From Nemertoderma westbladi (lineage: Eukaryota; Animalia; Xenacoelomorpha), in assembly GCA_032718475.1 (NCBI GenBank), contig JAUCBJ010003217.1, positions 1-59,446 on the forward strand: 59,446 nucleotides of DNA, read 5' to 3'. Position 1 is the stretch's first letter. The number at the start of each line of letters is the position of its first letter. Under the pieces are notes generated by a model that was not told the DNA's origin, made no database searches, and saw only the letters and a list, made by a program, of their open reading frames with translations. This document shows, piece after piece, positions 25,971 through 38,860 of this stretch. The translations under genes were made by a program, and so were the position numbers.

Positions 25971-26675
25971 TTAAAACTAGAGCGTAGCTGCTGGAACTGT
26001 AGAAAAAACAAGTCGGTCGAAATTGTAATCTTGTCAAGTGCCATGGGCTAGGCCTACGTAATTTAATTATAAAATGTGAATATTTCACGACGTACGAGGT
26101 GTAAAGGAAAGAATCGATGGTCACCTACATTTATGAGATCCGGTATGCAGGAAGAAAACGTCGTGAAAATTTTGGTGCAAAGTTTATATATTTTATTAAA
26201 AAGTACCTTAATTATAATTAATTAATTATTCGATGCTAGTTGGTGAGGCCCCCTCCAGTGTTCAGTGTTTGAACTGTTTGAACTCAAATAATTTATTTTT
26301 TGGTGATTTATTATTTGCTATAGGTTATGGAAATATAAAAATGAATAAATTATATAATTTGGTATAACAAAGGACGTTTTTGGATAAATAAATTTAATAT
26401 TAATACAACGAAAATGACAGCTTTTAGAAAATATACCCGAAATACAAATGTTTACAGGCTTTTAAAAGTATTTATACGACCAGAACAGGATTGACACACA
26501 CTACGTTGTGATGGGTTTTACGTACATATCTATCTACACACAAAATATGATAAATATTGTCACCAAATCGATGTAGGAGTTGACGATAGAGCTGATCGTT
26601 TGGATTTCCCACACTGAGATGGCTTTCTCAAGAGCCTGAGCTGGAAATGACAATAACAAGAGAAGCGAGATAGGA

Positions 26676-29600
26676 GAAGAAGCAATCACGGAAACGGCCA
26701 ACAGTGTAACCACTGGGAAATGTAGTCTCTAAGAAGCAATCACGGAAACGGCCAACAGTGTAACCACTGGGAAGTGTAGTCTCTAAGAAGCAATCACGGA
26801 AACGGCCAACAGTGTAACCACTGGGAAATGTAGTCTCTAAGAAGCAATCACGGAAACGGCCAACAGTGTAACCACTGGGAAATGTAGTCTCTAAGAAGCA
26901 ATCACGGAAACGGCCAACAGTGTAACCACTGGGAAATGTAGTCTCTAAGAAGCAATCACGGAAACGGCCAACAGTGTAACCACTGGGAAATGTAGTCTCT
27001 AAGAAGCAATCACGGAAACGGCCAACAGTGTAACCACTGGGAAATGTAGTCTCTAAGAAGCAATCACGGAAACGGCCAACAGTGTAACCACTGGGAAGTG
27101 TAGTCTCTAAGAAGCAATCACGGAAACGGCCAACAGTGTAACCACTGGGAAATGTAGTCTCTAAGAAGCAATCACGGAAACGGCCAACAGTGTAACCACT
27201 GGGAAATGTAGTCTCTAAGAAGCAATCACGGAAACGGCCAACAGTGTAACCACTGGGAAATGTAGTCTCTAAGAAGCAATCACGGAAACGGCCAACAGTG
27301 TAACCACTGGGAAATGTAGTCTCTAAGAAGCAATCACGGAAACGGCCAACAGTGTAACCACTGGGAAATGTAGTCTCTAAGAAGCAATCACGGAAACGGC
27401 CAACAGTGTAACCACTGGGAAATGTAGTCTCTAAGAAGCAATCACGGAAACGGCCAACAGTGTAACCACTGGGAAATGTAGTCTCTAAGAAGCAATCACG
27501 GAAACGGCCAACAGTGTAACCACTGGGAAATGTAGTCTCTAAGAAGCAATCACGGAAACGACCAACAGTGTAACCACTGGGAAATGTAGTCTCTAAGAAG
27601 CAATAACGGAAACGACCAACAGTGTAACCACTGGGAAATGTAGTCTCTAAGAAGCAATAACGGAAACGTATAAACTAACCACTGGGAAATGTAGTCTCTA
27701 AGAAGCAATCACGGAAACGACCAACAGTGTAACCACTGGGAAATGTAGTCTCTAAGAAGCAATCACGGAAACGGCCAACAGTGTAACCACTGGGAAATGT
27801 AGTCTCTAAGAAGCAATCACGGAAACGACCAACAGTGTAACCACTGGGAAATGTAGTCTCTAAGAAGCAATCACGGAAACGTATAAACTAACCACTGGGA
27901 AATGTAGTCTCTAAGAAGCAATAACGGAAACGACCAACAGTGCAACCACTGGGAAATGTAGTCTCTAAGAAGCAATCACGGAAACGACCAACAGTGTAAC
28001 CACTGGGAAATGTAGTCTCTAAGAAGCAATCACGGAAACGTATAAACTAACCACTGGGAAATGTAGTCTCTAAGAAGCAATAACGGAAACGACCAACAGT
28101 GTAACCACTGGGAAGTGTAGTCTCTAAGAAGCAATCACGGAAACGTATAAACTAACCACTGGGAATGTAGTCTCTAAGAAGCAATAACGGAAACGTATAA
28201 ACTAACCACTGGGAAATGTAGTCTCTAAGAAGCAATCACGGAAACGACCAACAGTGTAACCACTGGGAAATGTAGTCTCTAAGAAGCAATCACGGAAACG
28301 TATAAACTAACCACTGGGAATGTAGTCTCTAAGAAGCAATCACGGAAACGGCCAACAGTGTAACCACTGGGAAGTGTAGTCTCTGAGAAGCAATCACGGA
28401 AACGACCAACAGTGTAACCACTGGGAAATGTAGTCTCTAAGAAGCAATCACGGAAACGACCAACAGTGTAACCACTGGGAAGTGTAGTCTCTAAGAAGCA
28501 ATCACGGAAACGACCAACAGTGTAACCACTGGGAAATGTAGTCTCTAAGAAGCAATCACGGAAACGTATAAACTAACCACTGGGAATGTAGTCTCTAAGA
28601 AGCAATAACGGAAACGTATAAACTAACCACTGGGAATGTAGTCTCTAAGAAGCAATAACGGAAACGACCAACAGTGTAACCACTGGGAAATGTAGTCTCT
28701 AAGAAGCAATAACGGAAACGACCAACAGTGTAACCACTGGGAAATGTAGTCTCTAAGAAGCAATCACGGAAACGGCCAACAGTGTAACCACTGGGAAATG
28801 TAGTCTCTAAGAAGCAATAACGGAAACGTATAAACTAACCACTGGGAATGTAGTCTCTAAGAAGCAATATCGGAAACGACCAACAGTGTAACCACTGGGA
28901 AATGTAGTCTCTAAGAAGCAATAACGGAAACGTATAAACTAACCACTGGGAATGTAGTCTCTAAGAAGCAATAACGGAAACGTATAAACTAACCACTGGG
29001 AATGTAGTCTCTAAGAAGCAATAACGGAAACGACCAACAGTGTAACCACTGGGAAGTGTAGTCTCTAAGAAGCAATCACGGAAACGACCAACAGTGTAAC
29101 CACTGGGAATGTAGTCTCTAAGAAGCAATCACGGAAACGGCCAACAGTGTAACCACTGGGAAGTGTAGTCTCTGAGAAGCAATCACGGAAACGACCAACA
29201 GTGTAACCACTGGGAAATGTAGTCTCTAAGAAGCAATCACGGAAACGACCAACAGTGTAACCACTGGGAAATGTAGTCTCTAAGAAGCAATCACGGAAAC
29301 GTATAAACTAACCACTGGGAATGTAGTCTCTAAGAAGCAATAACGGAAACGACCAACAGTGTAACAACTGGGAAATGTAGTCTCTAAGAAGCAATAACGG
29401 AAACGTATAAACTAACCACTGGGAAATGTAGTCTCTAAGAAGCAATCACGGAAACGGCCAACAGTGTAACCACTGGGAAATGTAGTCTCTAAGAAGCAAT
29501 AACGGAAACGACCAACAGTGTAACAACTGGGAAATGTAGTCTCTAAGAAGCAATCACGGAAACGACCAACAGTGTAACCACTGGGAAATGTAGTCTCTAA

Positions 29601-32600
29601 GAAGCAATCACGGAAACGGCCAACAGTGTAACCACTGGGAAATGTAGTCTCTAAGAAGCAATCACGGAAACGGCCAACCGTGTAACCACTGGGAAATGTA
29701 GTCTCTAAGAAGCAATCACGGAAACGACCAACAGTGTAACCACTGGGAAATGTAGTCTCTAAGAAGCAATCACGGAAACGACCAACAGTGTAACAACTGG
29801 GAAATGTAGTCTCTAAGAAGCAATCACGGAAACGGCCAACCGTGTAACCACTGGGAAATGTAGTCTCTAAGAAGCAATCACGGAAACGACCAACAGTGTA
29901 ACCACTGGGAAATGTAGTCTCTAAGAAGCAATCACGGAAACGACCAACAGTGTAACCACTGGGAAATGTAGTCTCTAAGAAGCAATCACGGAAACGACCA
30001 ACAGTGTAACCACTGGGAAATGTAGTCTCTAAGAAGCAATAACGGAAACGTATAAACTAACCACTGGGAATGTAGTCTCTAAGAAGCAATCACAGAAACG
30101 ACCAACAGTGTAACCACTGGGAAATGTAGTCTCTAAGAAGCAATAACGGAAACGTATAAACTAACCACTGGGAATGTAGTCTCTAAGAAGCAATAACGGA
30201 AACGACCAACAGTGTAACCACTGGGAAATGTAGTCTCTAAGAAGCAATCACGGAAACGGCCAACAGTGTAACCACTGGGAAATGTAGTCTCTAAGAAGCA
30301 ATCACGGAAACGGCCAACAGTGTAACCACTGGGAAATGTAGTCTCTAAGAAGCAATCACGGAAACGGCCAACAGTGTAACCACTGGGAAATGTAGTCTCT
30401 AAGAAGCAATCACGGAAACGGCCAACAGTGTAACCACTGGGAAATGTAGTCTCTAAGAAGCAATCACAGAAACGACCAACAGTGTAACCACTGGGAAATG
30501 TAGTCTCTAAGAAGCAATCACGGAAACGTATAAACTAACCACTGGGAATGTAGTCTCTAAGAAGCAATAACGGAAACGACCAACAGTGTAACCACTGGGA
30601 AATGTAGTCTCTAAGAAGCAATAACGGAAACGTATAAACTAACCACTGGGAATGTAGTCTCTAAGAAGCAATCACGGAAACGGCCAACAGTGTAACCACT
30701 GGGAAATGTAGTCTCTAAGAAGCAATCACGGAAACGGCCAACAGTGTAACCACTGGGAAATGTAGTCTCTAAGAAGCAATAACGGAAACGGCCAACAGTG
30801 TAACCACTGGGAAATGTAGTCTCTAAGAAGCAATCACGGAAACGGCCAACAGTGTAACCACTGGGAAATGTAGTCTCTAAGAAGCAATAACGGAAACGAC
30901 CAACAGTGTAACCACTGGGAAATGTAGTCTCTAAGAAGCAATCACGGAAACGACCAACAGTGTAACCACTGGGAAATGTAGTCTCTAAGAAGCAATCACG
31001 GAAACGGCCAACAGTGTAACCACTGGGAAATGTAGTCTCTAAGAAGCAATAACGGAAACGACCAACAGTGTAACCACTGGGAAATGTAGTCTCTAAGAAG
31101 CAATCACGGAAACGACCAACAGTGTAACCACTGGGAAATGTAGTCTCTAAGAAGCAATCACGGAAACGACCAACAGTGTAACCACTGGGAAATGTAGTCT
31201 CTAAGAAGCAATAACGGAAACGACCAACAGTGTAACCACTGGGAAATGTAGTCTCTAAGAAGCAATCACGGAAACGTATAAACTAACCACTGGGAAATGT
31301 AGTCTCTAAGAAGCAATAATGGAAACGACCAACAGTGTAACCACTGGGAAATGTAGTCTCTAAGAAGCAATCACGGAAACGACCAACAGTGTAACCACTG
31401 GGAAATGTAGTCTCTAAGAAGCAATCACGGAAACGACCAACAGTGTAACCACTGGGAAATGTAGTCTCTAAGAAGCAATAACGGAAACGACCAACAGTGT
31501 AACCACTGGGAAATGTAGTCTCTAAGAAGCAATCACGGAAACGACCAACAGTGTAACCACTGGGAAATGTAGTCTCTAAGAAGCAATCACGGAAACGACC
31601 AACAGTGTAACCACTGGGAAATGTAGTCTCTAAGAAGCAATAACGGAAACGACCAACAGTGTAACCACTGGGAAATGTAGTCTCTAAGAAGCAATAACGG
31701 AAACGGCCAACAGTGTAACCACTGGGAAATGTAGTCTCTAAGAAGCAATCACGGAAACGGCCAACAGTGTAACCACTGGGAAATGTAGTCTCTAAGAAGC
31801 AATCACGGAAACGGCCAACAGTGTAACCACTGGGAAATGTAGTCTCTAAGAAGCAATCACGGAAACGGCCAACAGTGTAACCACTGGGAAATGTAGTCTC
31901 TAAGAAGCAATAACGGAAACGACCAACAGTGTAACCACTGGGAAATCTAGTCTCTAAGAAGCAATCACGGAAACGGCCAACAGTGTAACCACTGGGAAAT
32001 GTAGTCTCTAAGAAGCAATCACGGAAACGGCCAACAGTGTAACCACTGGGAAATGTAGTCTCTAAGAAGCAATAACGGAAACGACCAACAGTGTAACCAC
32101 TGGGAAATCTAGTCTCTAAGAAGCAATCACGGAAACGGCCAACAGTGTAACCACTGGGAAATGTAGTCTCTAAGAAGCAATCACGGAAACGGCCAACAGT
32201 GTAACCACTGGGAAATGTAGTCTCTAAGAAGCAATAACGGAAACGACCAACAGTGTAACCACTGGGAAATGTAGTCTCTAAGAAGCAATCACGGAAACGG
32301 CCAACAGTGTAACCACTGGGAAATGTAGTCTCTAAGAAGCAATCACGGAAACGGCCAACAGTGTAACCACTGGGAAATGTAGTCTCTAAGAAGCAATCAC
32401 GGAAACGACCAACAGTGTAACCACTGGGAAATGTAGTCTCTAAGAAGCAATCACGGAAACGACCAACAGTGTAACCACTGGGAAATGTAGTCTCTAAGAA
32501 GCAATCACGGAAACGGCCAACAGTGTAACCACTGGGAAATGTAGTCTCTAAGAAGCAATCACGGAAACGACCAACAGTGTAACCACTGGGAAATGTAGTC

Positions 32601-34496
32601 TCTAAGAAGCAATAACGGAAACGTATAAACTAACCACTGGGAAATGTAGTCTCTAAGAAGCAATCACGGAAACGGCCAACAGTGTAACCACTGGGAAATG
32701 TAGTCTCTAAGAAGCAATCACGGAAACGGCCAACAGTGTAACCACTGGGAAATGTAGTCTCTAAGAAGCAATCACGGAAACGACCAACAGTGTAACCACT
32801 GGGAAATGTAGTCTCTAAGAAGCAATAACGGAAACGTATAAACTAACCACTGGGAAATGTAGTCTCTAAGAAGCAATCACGGAAACGGCCAACAGTGTAA
32901 CCACTGGGAAGTGTAGTCTCTAAGAAGCAATCACGGAAACGACCAACAGTGTAACCACTGGGAAATGTAGTCTCTAAGAAGCAATAACGGAAACGTATAA
33001 ACTAACCACTGGGAAATGTAGTCTCTAAGAAGCAATCACGGAAACGGCCAACAGTGTAACCACTGGGAAATGTAGTCTCTAAGAAGCAATCACGGAAACG
33101 ACCAACAGTGTAACCACTGGGAAATGTAGTCTCTAAGAAGCAATAACGGAAACGTATAAACTAACCACTGGGAAATGTAGTCTCTAAGAAGCAATCACGG
33201 AAACGGCCAACAGTGTAACCACTGGGAAGTGTAGTCTCTAAGAAGCAATCACGGAAACGACCAACAGTGTAACCACTGGGAAATGTAGTCTCTAAGAAGC
33301 AATAACGGAAACGTATAAACTAACCACTGGGAAATGTAGTCTCTAAGAAGCAATCACGGAAACGACCAACAGTGTAACCACTGGGAAATGTAGTCTCTAA
33401 GAAGCAATAACGGAAACGTATAAACTAACCACTGGGAAATGTAGTCTCTAAGAAGCAATAACGGAAACGACCAACAGTGTAACCACTGGGAAATGTAGTC
33501 TCTAAGAAGCAATCACGGAAACGTATAAACTAACCACTGGGAAATGTAGTCTCTAAGAAGCAATAACGGAAACGACCAACAGTGTAACCACTGGGAAATG
33601 TAGTCTCTAAGAAGCAATCACGGAAACGACCAACAGTGTAACCACTGGGAAATGTAGTCTCTAAGAAGCAATAACGGAAACGACCAACAGTGTAACCACT
33701 GGGAAATGTAGTCTCTAAGAAGCAATAACGGAAACGACCAACAGTGTAACCACTGGGAAATGTAGTCTCTAAGAAGCAATCACGGAAACGACCAACAGTG
33801 TTACCACTGGGAAATGTAGTCTCTAAGAAGCAATCACGGAAACGACCAACAGTGTAACCACTGGGAAATGTAGTCTCTAAGAAGCAATAACGGAAACGAC
33901 CAACAGTGTAACCACTGGGAAATGTAGTCTCTAAGAAGCAATCACGGAAACGACCAACAGTGTAACCACTGGGAAATGTAGTCTCTAAGAAGCAATAACG
34001 GAAACGACCAACAGTGTAACCACTGGGAAATGTAGTCTCTAAGAAGCAATAACGGAAACGTATAAACTAACCACTGGGAAATGTAGTCTCTAAGAAGCAA
34101 TAACGGAAACGACCAACAGTGTAACCACTGGGAAATGTAGTCTCTAAGAAGCAATCACGGAAACGACCAACAGTGTTACCACTGGGAAATGTAGTCTCTA
34201 AGAAGCAATCACGGAAACGACCAACAGTGTAACCACTGGGAAATGTAGTCTCTAAGAAGCAATAACGGAAACGACCAACAGTGTAACCACTGGGAAATGT
34301 AGTCTCTAAGAAGCAATCACGGAAACGACCAACAGTGTAACCACTGGGAAATGTAGTCTCTAAGAAGCAATAACGGAAACGACCAACAGTGTAACCACAG
34401 GGAAATGTAGTCTCTAAGAAGCAATCACGGAAACGTATAAACTAACCACTGGGAATGTAGTATCTAAGAAGCAATCACACCAACGACCAACAGTGT
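26676..34496. repeat. 54-bp satellite with a 50-51 bp variant, about 145 copies
   Basis: Unit AAGAAGCAATCACGGAAACG(G/A)CCAACAGTGTAACCACTGGGAAATGTAGTCTCT. The variant replaces (G/A)CCAACAGTG with TATAAAC. Confidence 0.98.
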
Positions 34497-35227
34497 CTTT
34501 AGAGCTTGATTGACAGGCGTGTTTGACTGAGTCTCATAAAACAACGTAAACATCCTACCTTAACAACACAATATTTCAATTTTCGAATAAGTATGTATAG
34601 AAGATTAATTATAGTAAATTTCCTTAACTCCTGTTTGAGATCCGATGGAAACATAATTCATGATATTGGAATATTATATTAAACCACATTTAATTATGGT
34701 TAGCAAACCAGACAAGATACGTGTTTATTAACTTGTTAGCAGAAACTTACATCAAACTGCTTCATTATAGGATTAACTGAATCAATACTGTCAGCAGTAT
34801 TGAACACACATTATTTTTGATATCCAACCGCCTTATCTACAACTGAGTTTTGGATAAAGATTATATGAATTCGCACTATAGAGATGGGGCCTGTTCCTCT
34901 GTAGGTTAACAACTAAATCTTTCTAATGACAAGCCGTATGATCTGTTGACTAGGTTGCCTTTAGTATTTCAAATTATTTCTCATCAAGTTTTGATGCCAA
35001 ATCTACTAAAATAAATCATTTACACTATTTTAAACATGTTGGGCTTTTCTGGCTTAAACAATAAACGAAATAATTTACAAGCTAGAGAAAGAAGCATCTT
35101 ACCAAAAAAACCCAAAACGTCCCAATTTGTCAGAACGGAAAGATACATGCTACAGATATCGGCTTACATATTAATCGAAATAGATGGATGGGAAATGTGG
35201 AAGGAGTATGTGCATGGGTTCTCTCAG

Positions 35228-35779
35228 CAGGGATGGCAAAACGAAACAAAAGTTTCGTTTGTTTTCAAAAAATTTAAATATACCCCCCCCCCCCCCCCCC
35301 CCCATCCCCTGATCATGTGAGAGGCCTGGGTATACCATATGCTGTATGTATTGTATGGTAGTAATTTACCATCAGTATTGCCTTAGTGCCTTACAGTACT
35401 ATTTTTATTGTAGGATATAGGACTTACATAGCTGTTTAATTGCACTGATACCGATAACTGGTAGGCAATAAGGTTGCTGTATTGAAGGAAATAATTTACT
35501 ATAATTATTATTTATAATTTTTCTATTATTTTATATATTATTAAATTTATATCATAATGATTACTTTTAAATTTAAAGAAACGAAACGAAATACTTAACG
35601 AAACGATATTATTATTACATATTACTATAAAATACTTATTATTTTGTTTGTCGTTTCGTTTCGTTTATTGCATGTATTTTAATTTCGTTTTTTGTTTCGT
35701 TTAAAATTGTTTCGCTACGTTATTTTTCGTCTCGTTATTGTGAAATAATGCATCGTTTCGTTTCGCAATGCTATCCCTG
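35228..35779. mobile_element. hAT-type MITE (552 bp)
   Basis: TIR CAGGGATGGCAAAACGAAAC versus the reverse complement of the right end, CAGGGATAGCATTGCGAAAC. 8-bp TSD TCTCTCAG/GCTCTCAG (1 mismatch). Many subterminal CGAAA/TTTCG motifs. Confidence 0.8.
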
Positions 35780-37220
35780 GCTCTCAGTAACGTTACATAC
35801 GTACAAGTACAACCTTCCCACCACCGCACTGTCCCAATGTGCTTGCATGGTGGGGTGGGTTTGCAGAGCAATAAATTAAATATTGTACTAAATGTTGCCG
35901 TAAATAAACTGAAAACGTTGATTTACTATCAATCTGCAAAAACATTTATTAACTTTGGTTCCGTCCGCCCATTAGCGTATAGTTAGATTGGGTGCGACTA
36001 TGAAGGGGGTCGCCGTAGCCACTATATCATTTAGAGCCGACCTTCTCAGCTTTCTAATAAATCGTGATGGCCATTTAGGTATGAATGCTGAACTCTCGAC
36101 ATCAGCTGTCACAATGAGAAAAAATAACGGCACATTAAAAGGCATTTTGACAGTTTCAAAAATAATCCCCGCCTACGTTGACAGATTACAAATTACTTTC
36201 ACAACAAATAATTATTATTATAATTCAACTTCTCCATTGGAAATTACCTTCCAGACGGATTAAAATACTGAAGTTTTTTTTCACAGTGAATGAATTTTAT
36301 TGAATCCTAAAAATCAATAGTAAAAGGTTTAAAAATATAATTAAATAAAACGTAATTAAATTATATGTAACTTTTATATATATTATTAGTCACTACAGTA
36401 CAAGACAAGTACATATTGGAGTAGCACCAACTGGATGACATAAAATTACTGGCAAAGCAACACGGCAAGTTTATATTCGGATGAATTATTATATAAACCG
36501 GCATTGAACCACTCGCGCACCATTCTAGATTATATTGTATGTAACAGTTAGTAACAGTTACTATACCGGTACTGTATCTAATAATGTTGTTTATTTATAT
36601 CACTGAAATACGAAAATCATTATCGACTGATGAAACCAATATTATAAATAATTGTCCAGTCAAACTAATAAAAACAGGCTTAAATTCGCTATATTTAATC
36701 TTGACTTGACTGTTCCTTTTGCTTTTGTTTGGCTTGTTTTATGTAAATTTACTTATAATTTCAATGAATAAATATAATTTATGATTCGCAGAATATAATA
36801 TGTTCATCGACGTTTTTGTACATTAACAATAAGGTAATAGAATACAACAAATGGAGTTTGAATTACTTTTGGGTATTATGTGATAGATTGACTCGACTCG
36901 ACTATAAATGTTAACGGCGGGCTCAGTAATATTAGTTACCGGTAGTCTAATATTTCAATGTAATATTCACCAAAGATAAAACCAACTCTAAAAAGAAAGT
37001 AAGTTCTCGCTAGGACACTGCACTTTATTAACAACACCAATCGGCAATCAGTACGTTTAATATAATTAATTTACATGACCAGATATTCGTTCGATATAAT
37101 TTAATATCTTAGTTACTTAGGCCGTTAACTAATTATACCGCAAGCAGAAAAAAACCTGCCGCTATAAAGGAAGGGAATTATTAGATGCGATAATATCAAT
37201 GGGAATCACAATGAGTTTCA

Positions 37221-38150
37221 TTAAACAAACGATTGTAATTCCGCTATTATCTCGTAGACCTCAGGTCGTTTCATCGGGTCGATATGTTTGCAACGTCGCA
37301 ATATTCCCGAACCCCGAGACGAGTAACAGACACCGAGGATCCCGGAGACAACATCTGGAATCTTCCAGACGTCCGACTTGTGTCCGTATTCCGGGAGGCT
37401 CACAGACCCGTCCGGTCGTTCGACGTAGCCGCGTTGTTCCGGGGCCACGAACTGTCCGTAAAGCGGACGGGGACCGCAGCGGATCGGACGGGAGCCGTTG
37501 ACGGTCGAGGGGAGGGCGTCGAGGTCGAGCAAAGCGAGTCGGTAGGGGGGGACGAGTCGGGGATCAGGGGCAACGGGGGACCGGTAACCAAGGACGACCG
37601 CGAACTGACTAAGTGTTTTCTCCAGGTCGTTAGAATCGCACATAACGAATGGCCCGTCTGGGTGGCCGTGTAGGAAGTCTATAACGCGGAGGAACCCGAG
37701 CGCAAGTTGCGAGAGGGTGGCGAGGTCCCGCGGCCGTCGCAGGAAGCGGTCCAACGAACCGAGTTGGTAGAACTCCGTCACTATAGCGACGAGTTGGGGA
37801 CCCCGACAGTAGCCAATAAGAACAGGGATGAAGGGAGACGACTGGAACTTTATAAGAGACTCGAGACCGGAGTAGAAATCCTCCAAATAGATTCGGTTAT
37901 TGGCGGGAACCGCTACCGCCACATCCAACCCCCGCCACTCTCCTCTATAAACTCGTTTAACTAAACCGCCGCCGATCGGCTCCAATACCTCTACTTCCGT
38001 CTGTATTTCCTCGCAGGTCAACAGAAACCGACAGTCGGGCATTCCTCGCAGATAGAACTCGTTAGATGGGCAGACCCTCTCGCTAGGTTCGTCCGTTCGG
38101 TGGACAAGGAGGTAAACTATAAACGCAAACTTCGCGATAACATCCAACAT
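37221..38150 (-). CDS. POMK: Protein O-mannose kinase (SGK196), intronless, 309 aa from ATG 38150
   Basis: Signal-anchor N-terminus, CP..EF....M.DC...LTCEEI, GGGLVKRVY, and the diagnostic VMCDSNDLEKTLSQF, DLDALP, CG.R.L.G.FVAPEQ and KSDVWKIPD motifs of POMK. Confidence 0.93.
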   Translation of the reverse strand: MLDVIAKFAFIVYLLVHRTDEPSERVCPSNEFYLRGMPDCRFLLTCEEIQTEVEVLEPIGGGLVKRVYRGEWRGLDVAVAVPANNRIYLEDFYSGLESLIKFQSSPFIPVLIGYCRGPQLVAIVTEFYQLGSLDRFLRRPRDLATLSQLALGFLRVIDFLHGHPDGPFVMCDSNDLEKTLSQFAVVLGYRSPVAPDPRLVPPYRLALLDLDALPSTVNGSRPIRCGPRPLYGQFVAPEQRGYVERPDGSVSLPEYGHKSDVWKIPDVVSGILGVCYSSRGSGILRRCKHIDPMKRPEVYEIIAELQSFV

Positions 38151-38212
38151 TATATATAACAATACTCCGCAAACTGCCGATTATACCGCCCAACTGCATA
38201 AAAGTAAATAAT

Positions 38213-38860
38213 CTAGAAAGTGGATCTGATCTGCTTATATATTTGTTCGCGGTACTGCTTGGTTAGGATTCCGCTGCGTCTGTGTACCAACGCGAAGGAA
38301 AGCAGACTGATAAACAACATTATTCCCTCGAATATCCAGAAGTTAACCGACTCCCTCGGATCGGGACACGAACGGTAGAACTCCTGCTTCGATGTCTCGC
38401 ATTTAACCCGCTGCTTCCGTCCAGAGGTCCCTTCTTTACAGACGGTCAGAACTTTTGAGTCGAAAGAGGTACAGAGTTTACAATCGCTGACAAACGTAAT
38501 TGGGCCGCATAATAATGGATTAGTCACCATTTCAATGGGGGTAAGACTGGCATCATCTTCTAACTGTACCGGTACAGAGCCTGTTCGTTTGACTCCGATA
38601 ATATCGGAGTCAAATGTGGTTAAAGTTAATTCCGAATCTGATCCAAAAGTCGTCGTTATTGGTTCCTCACTATTTTTAGAACTTGCGTCGGGAGTCCTGA
38701 ATTCCCTGACAGTGTGGTGGGTATTCTCATTTAGTACCACCGCGTTGTTACTCGAGGAACGAAACGAAAAAAATCCAATTAGAAATAAAGTTATAAATAA
38801 TGCTAAAAATAATATTCGCTTTAACCTTCTCCCATGATTGGCCGCCCCTGTTATAGGCAT
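38213..38860 (-). CDS. JTB: JTB (jumping translocation breakpoint) family membrane protein, intronless, 215 aa
   Basis: N-terminal hydrophobic segment, six-Cys domain (C..CKLCTSF...C....SG.KQ.V.C..S...YRSC), FWIFEG followed by a TM helix and a basic tail. Confidence 0.88.
   Translation of the reverse strand: MPITGAANHGRRLKRILFLALFITLFLIGFFSFRSSSNNAVVLNENTHHTVREFRTPDASSKNSEEPITTTFGSDSELTLTTFDSDIIGVKRTGSVPVQLEDDASLTPIEMVTNPLLCGPITFVSDCKLCTSFDSKVLTVCKEGTSGRKQRVKCETSKQEFYRSCPDPRESVNFWIFEGIMLFISLLSFALVHRRSGILTKQYREQIYKQIRSTF

Noticed and set aside
1-34496. CRISPR-like appearance of the regular 31-54 bp repeats
   Set aside because: Units are head-to-tail with no unique spacers, there are no cas genes, and the context is eukaryotic with spliceosomal introns.
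26520-34560. GPCR TM6/TM7-like phrases in the flanks of the 54-bp array (ALKTLLVVGVIA, YYIP, IVNSYIDLV)
   Set aside because: They need a frameshift and contain stops, and no other TM segments were found. Too weak to call even a pseudogene.
37199-38837. Plus-strand ORFs overlapping POMK and JTB
   Set aside because: They are antisense shadows of GC-rich coding sequence with no recognisable motifs.
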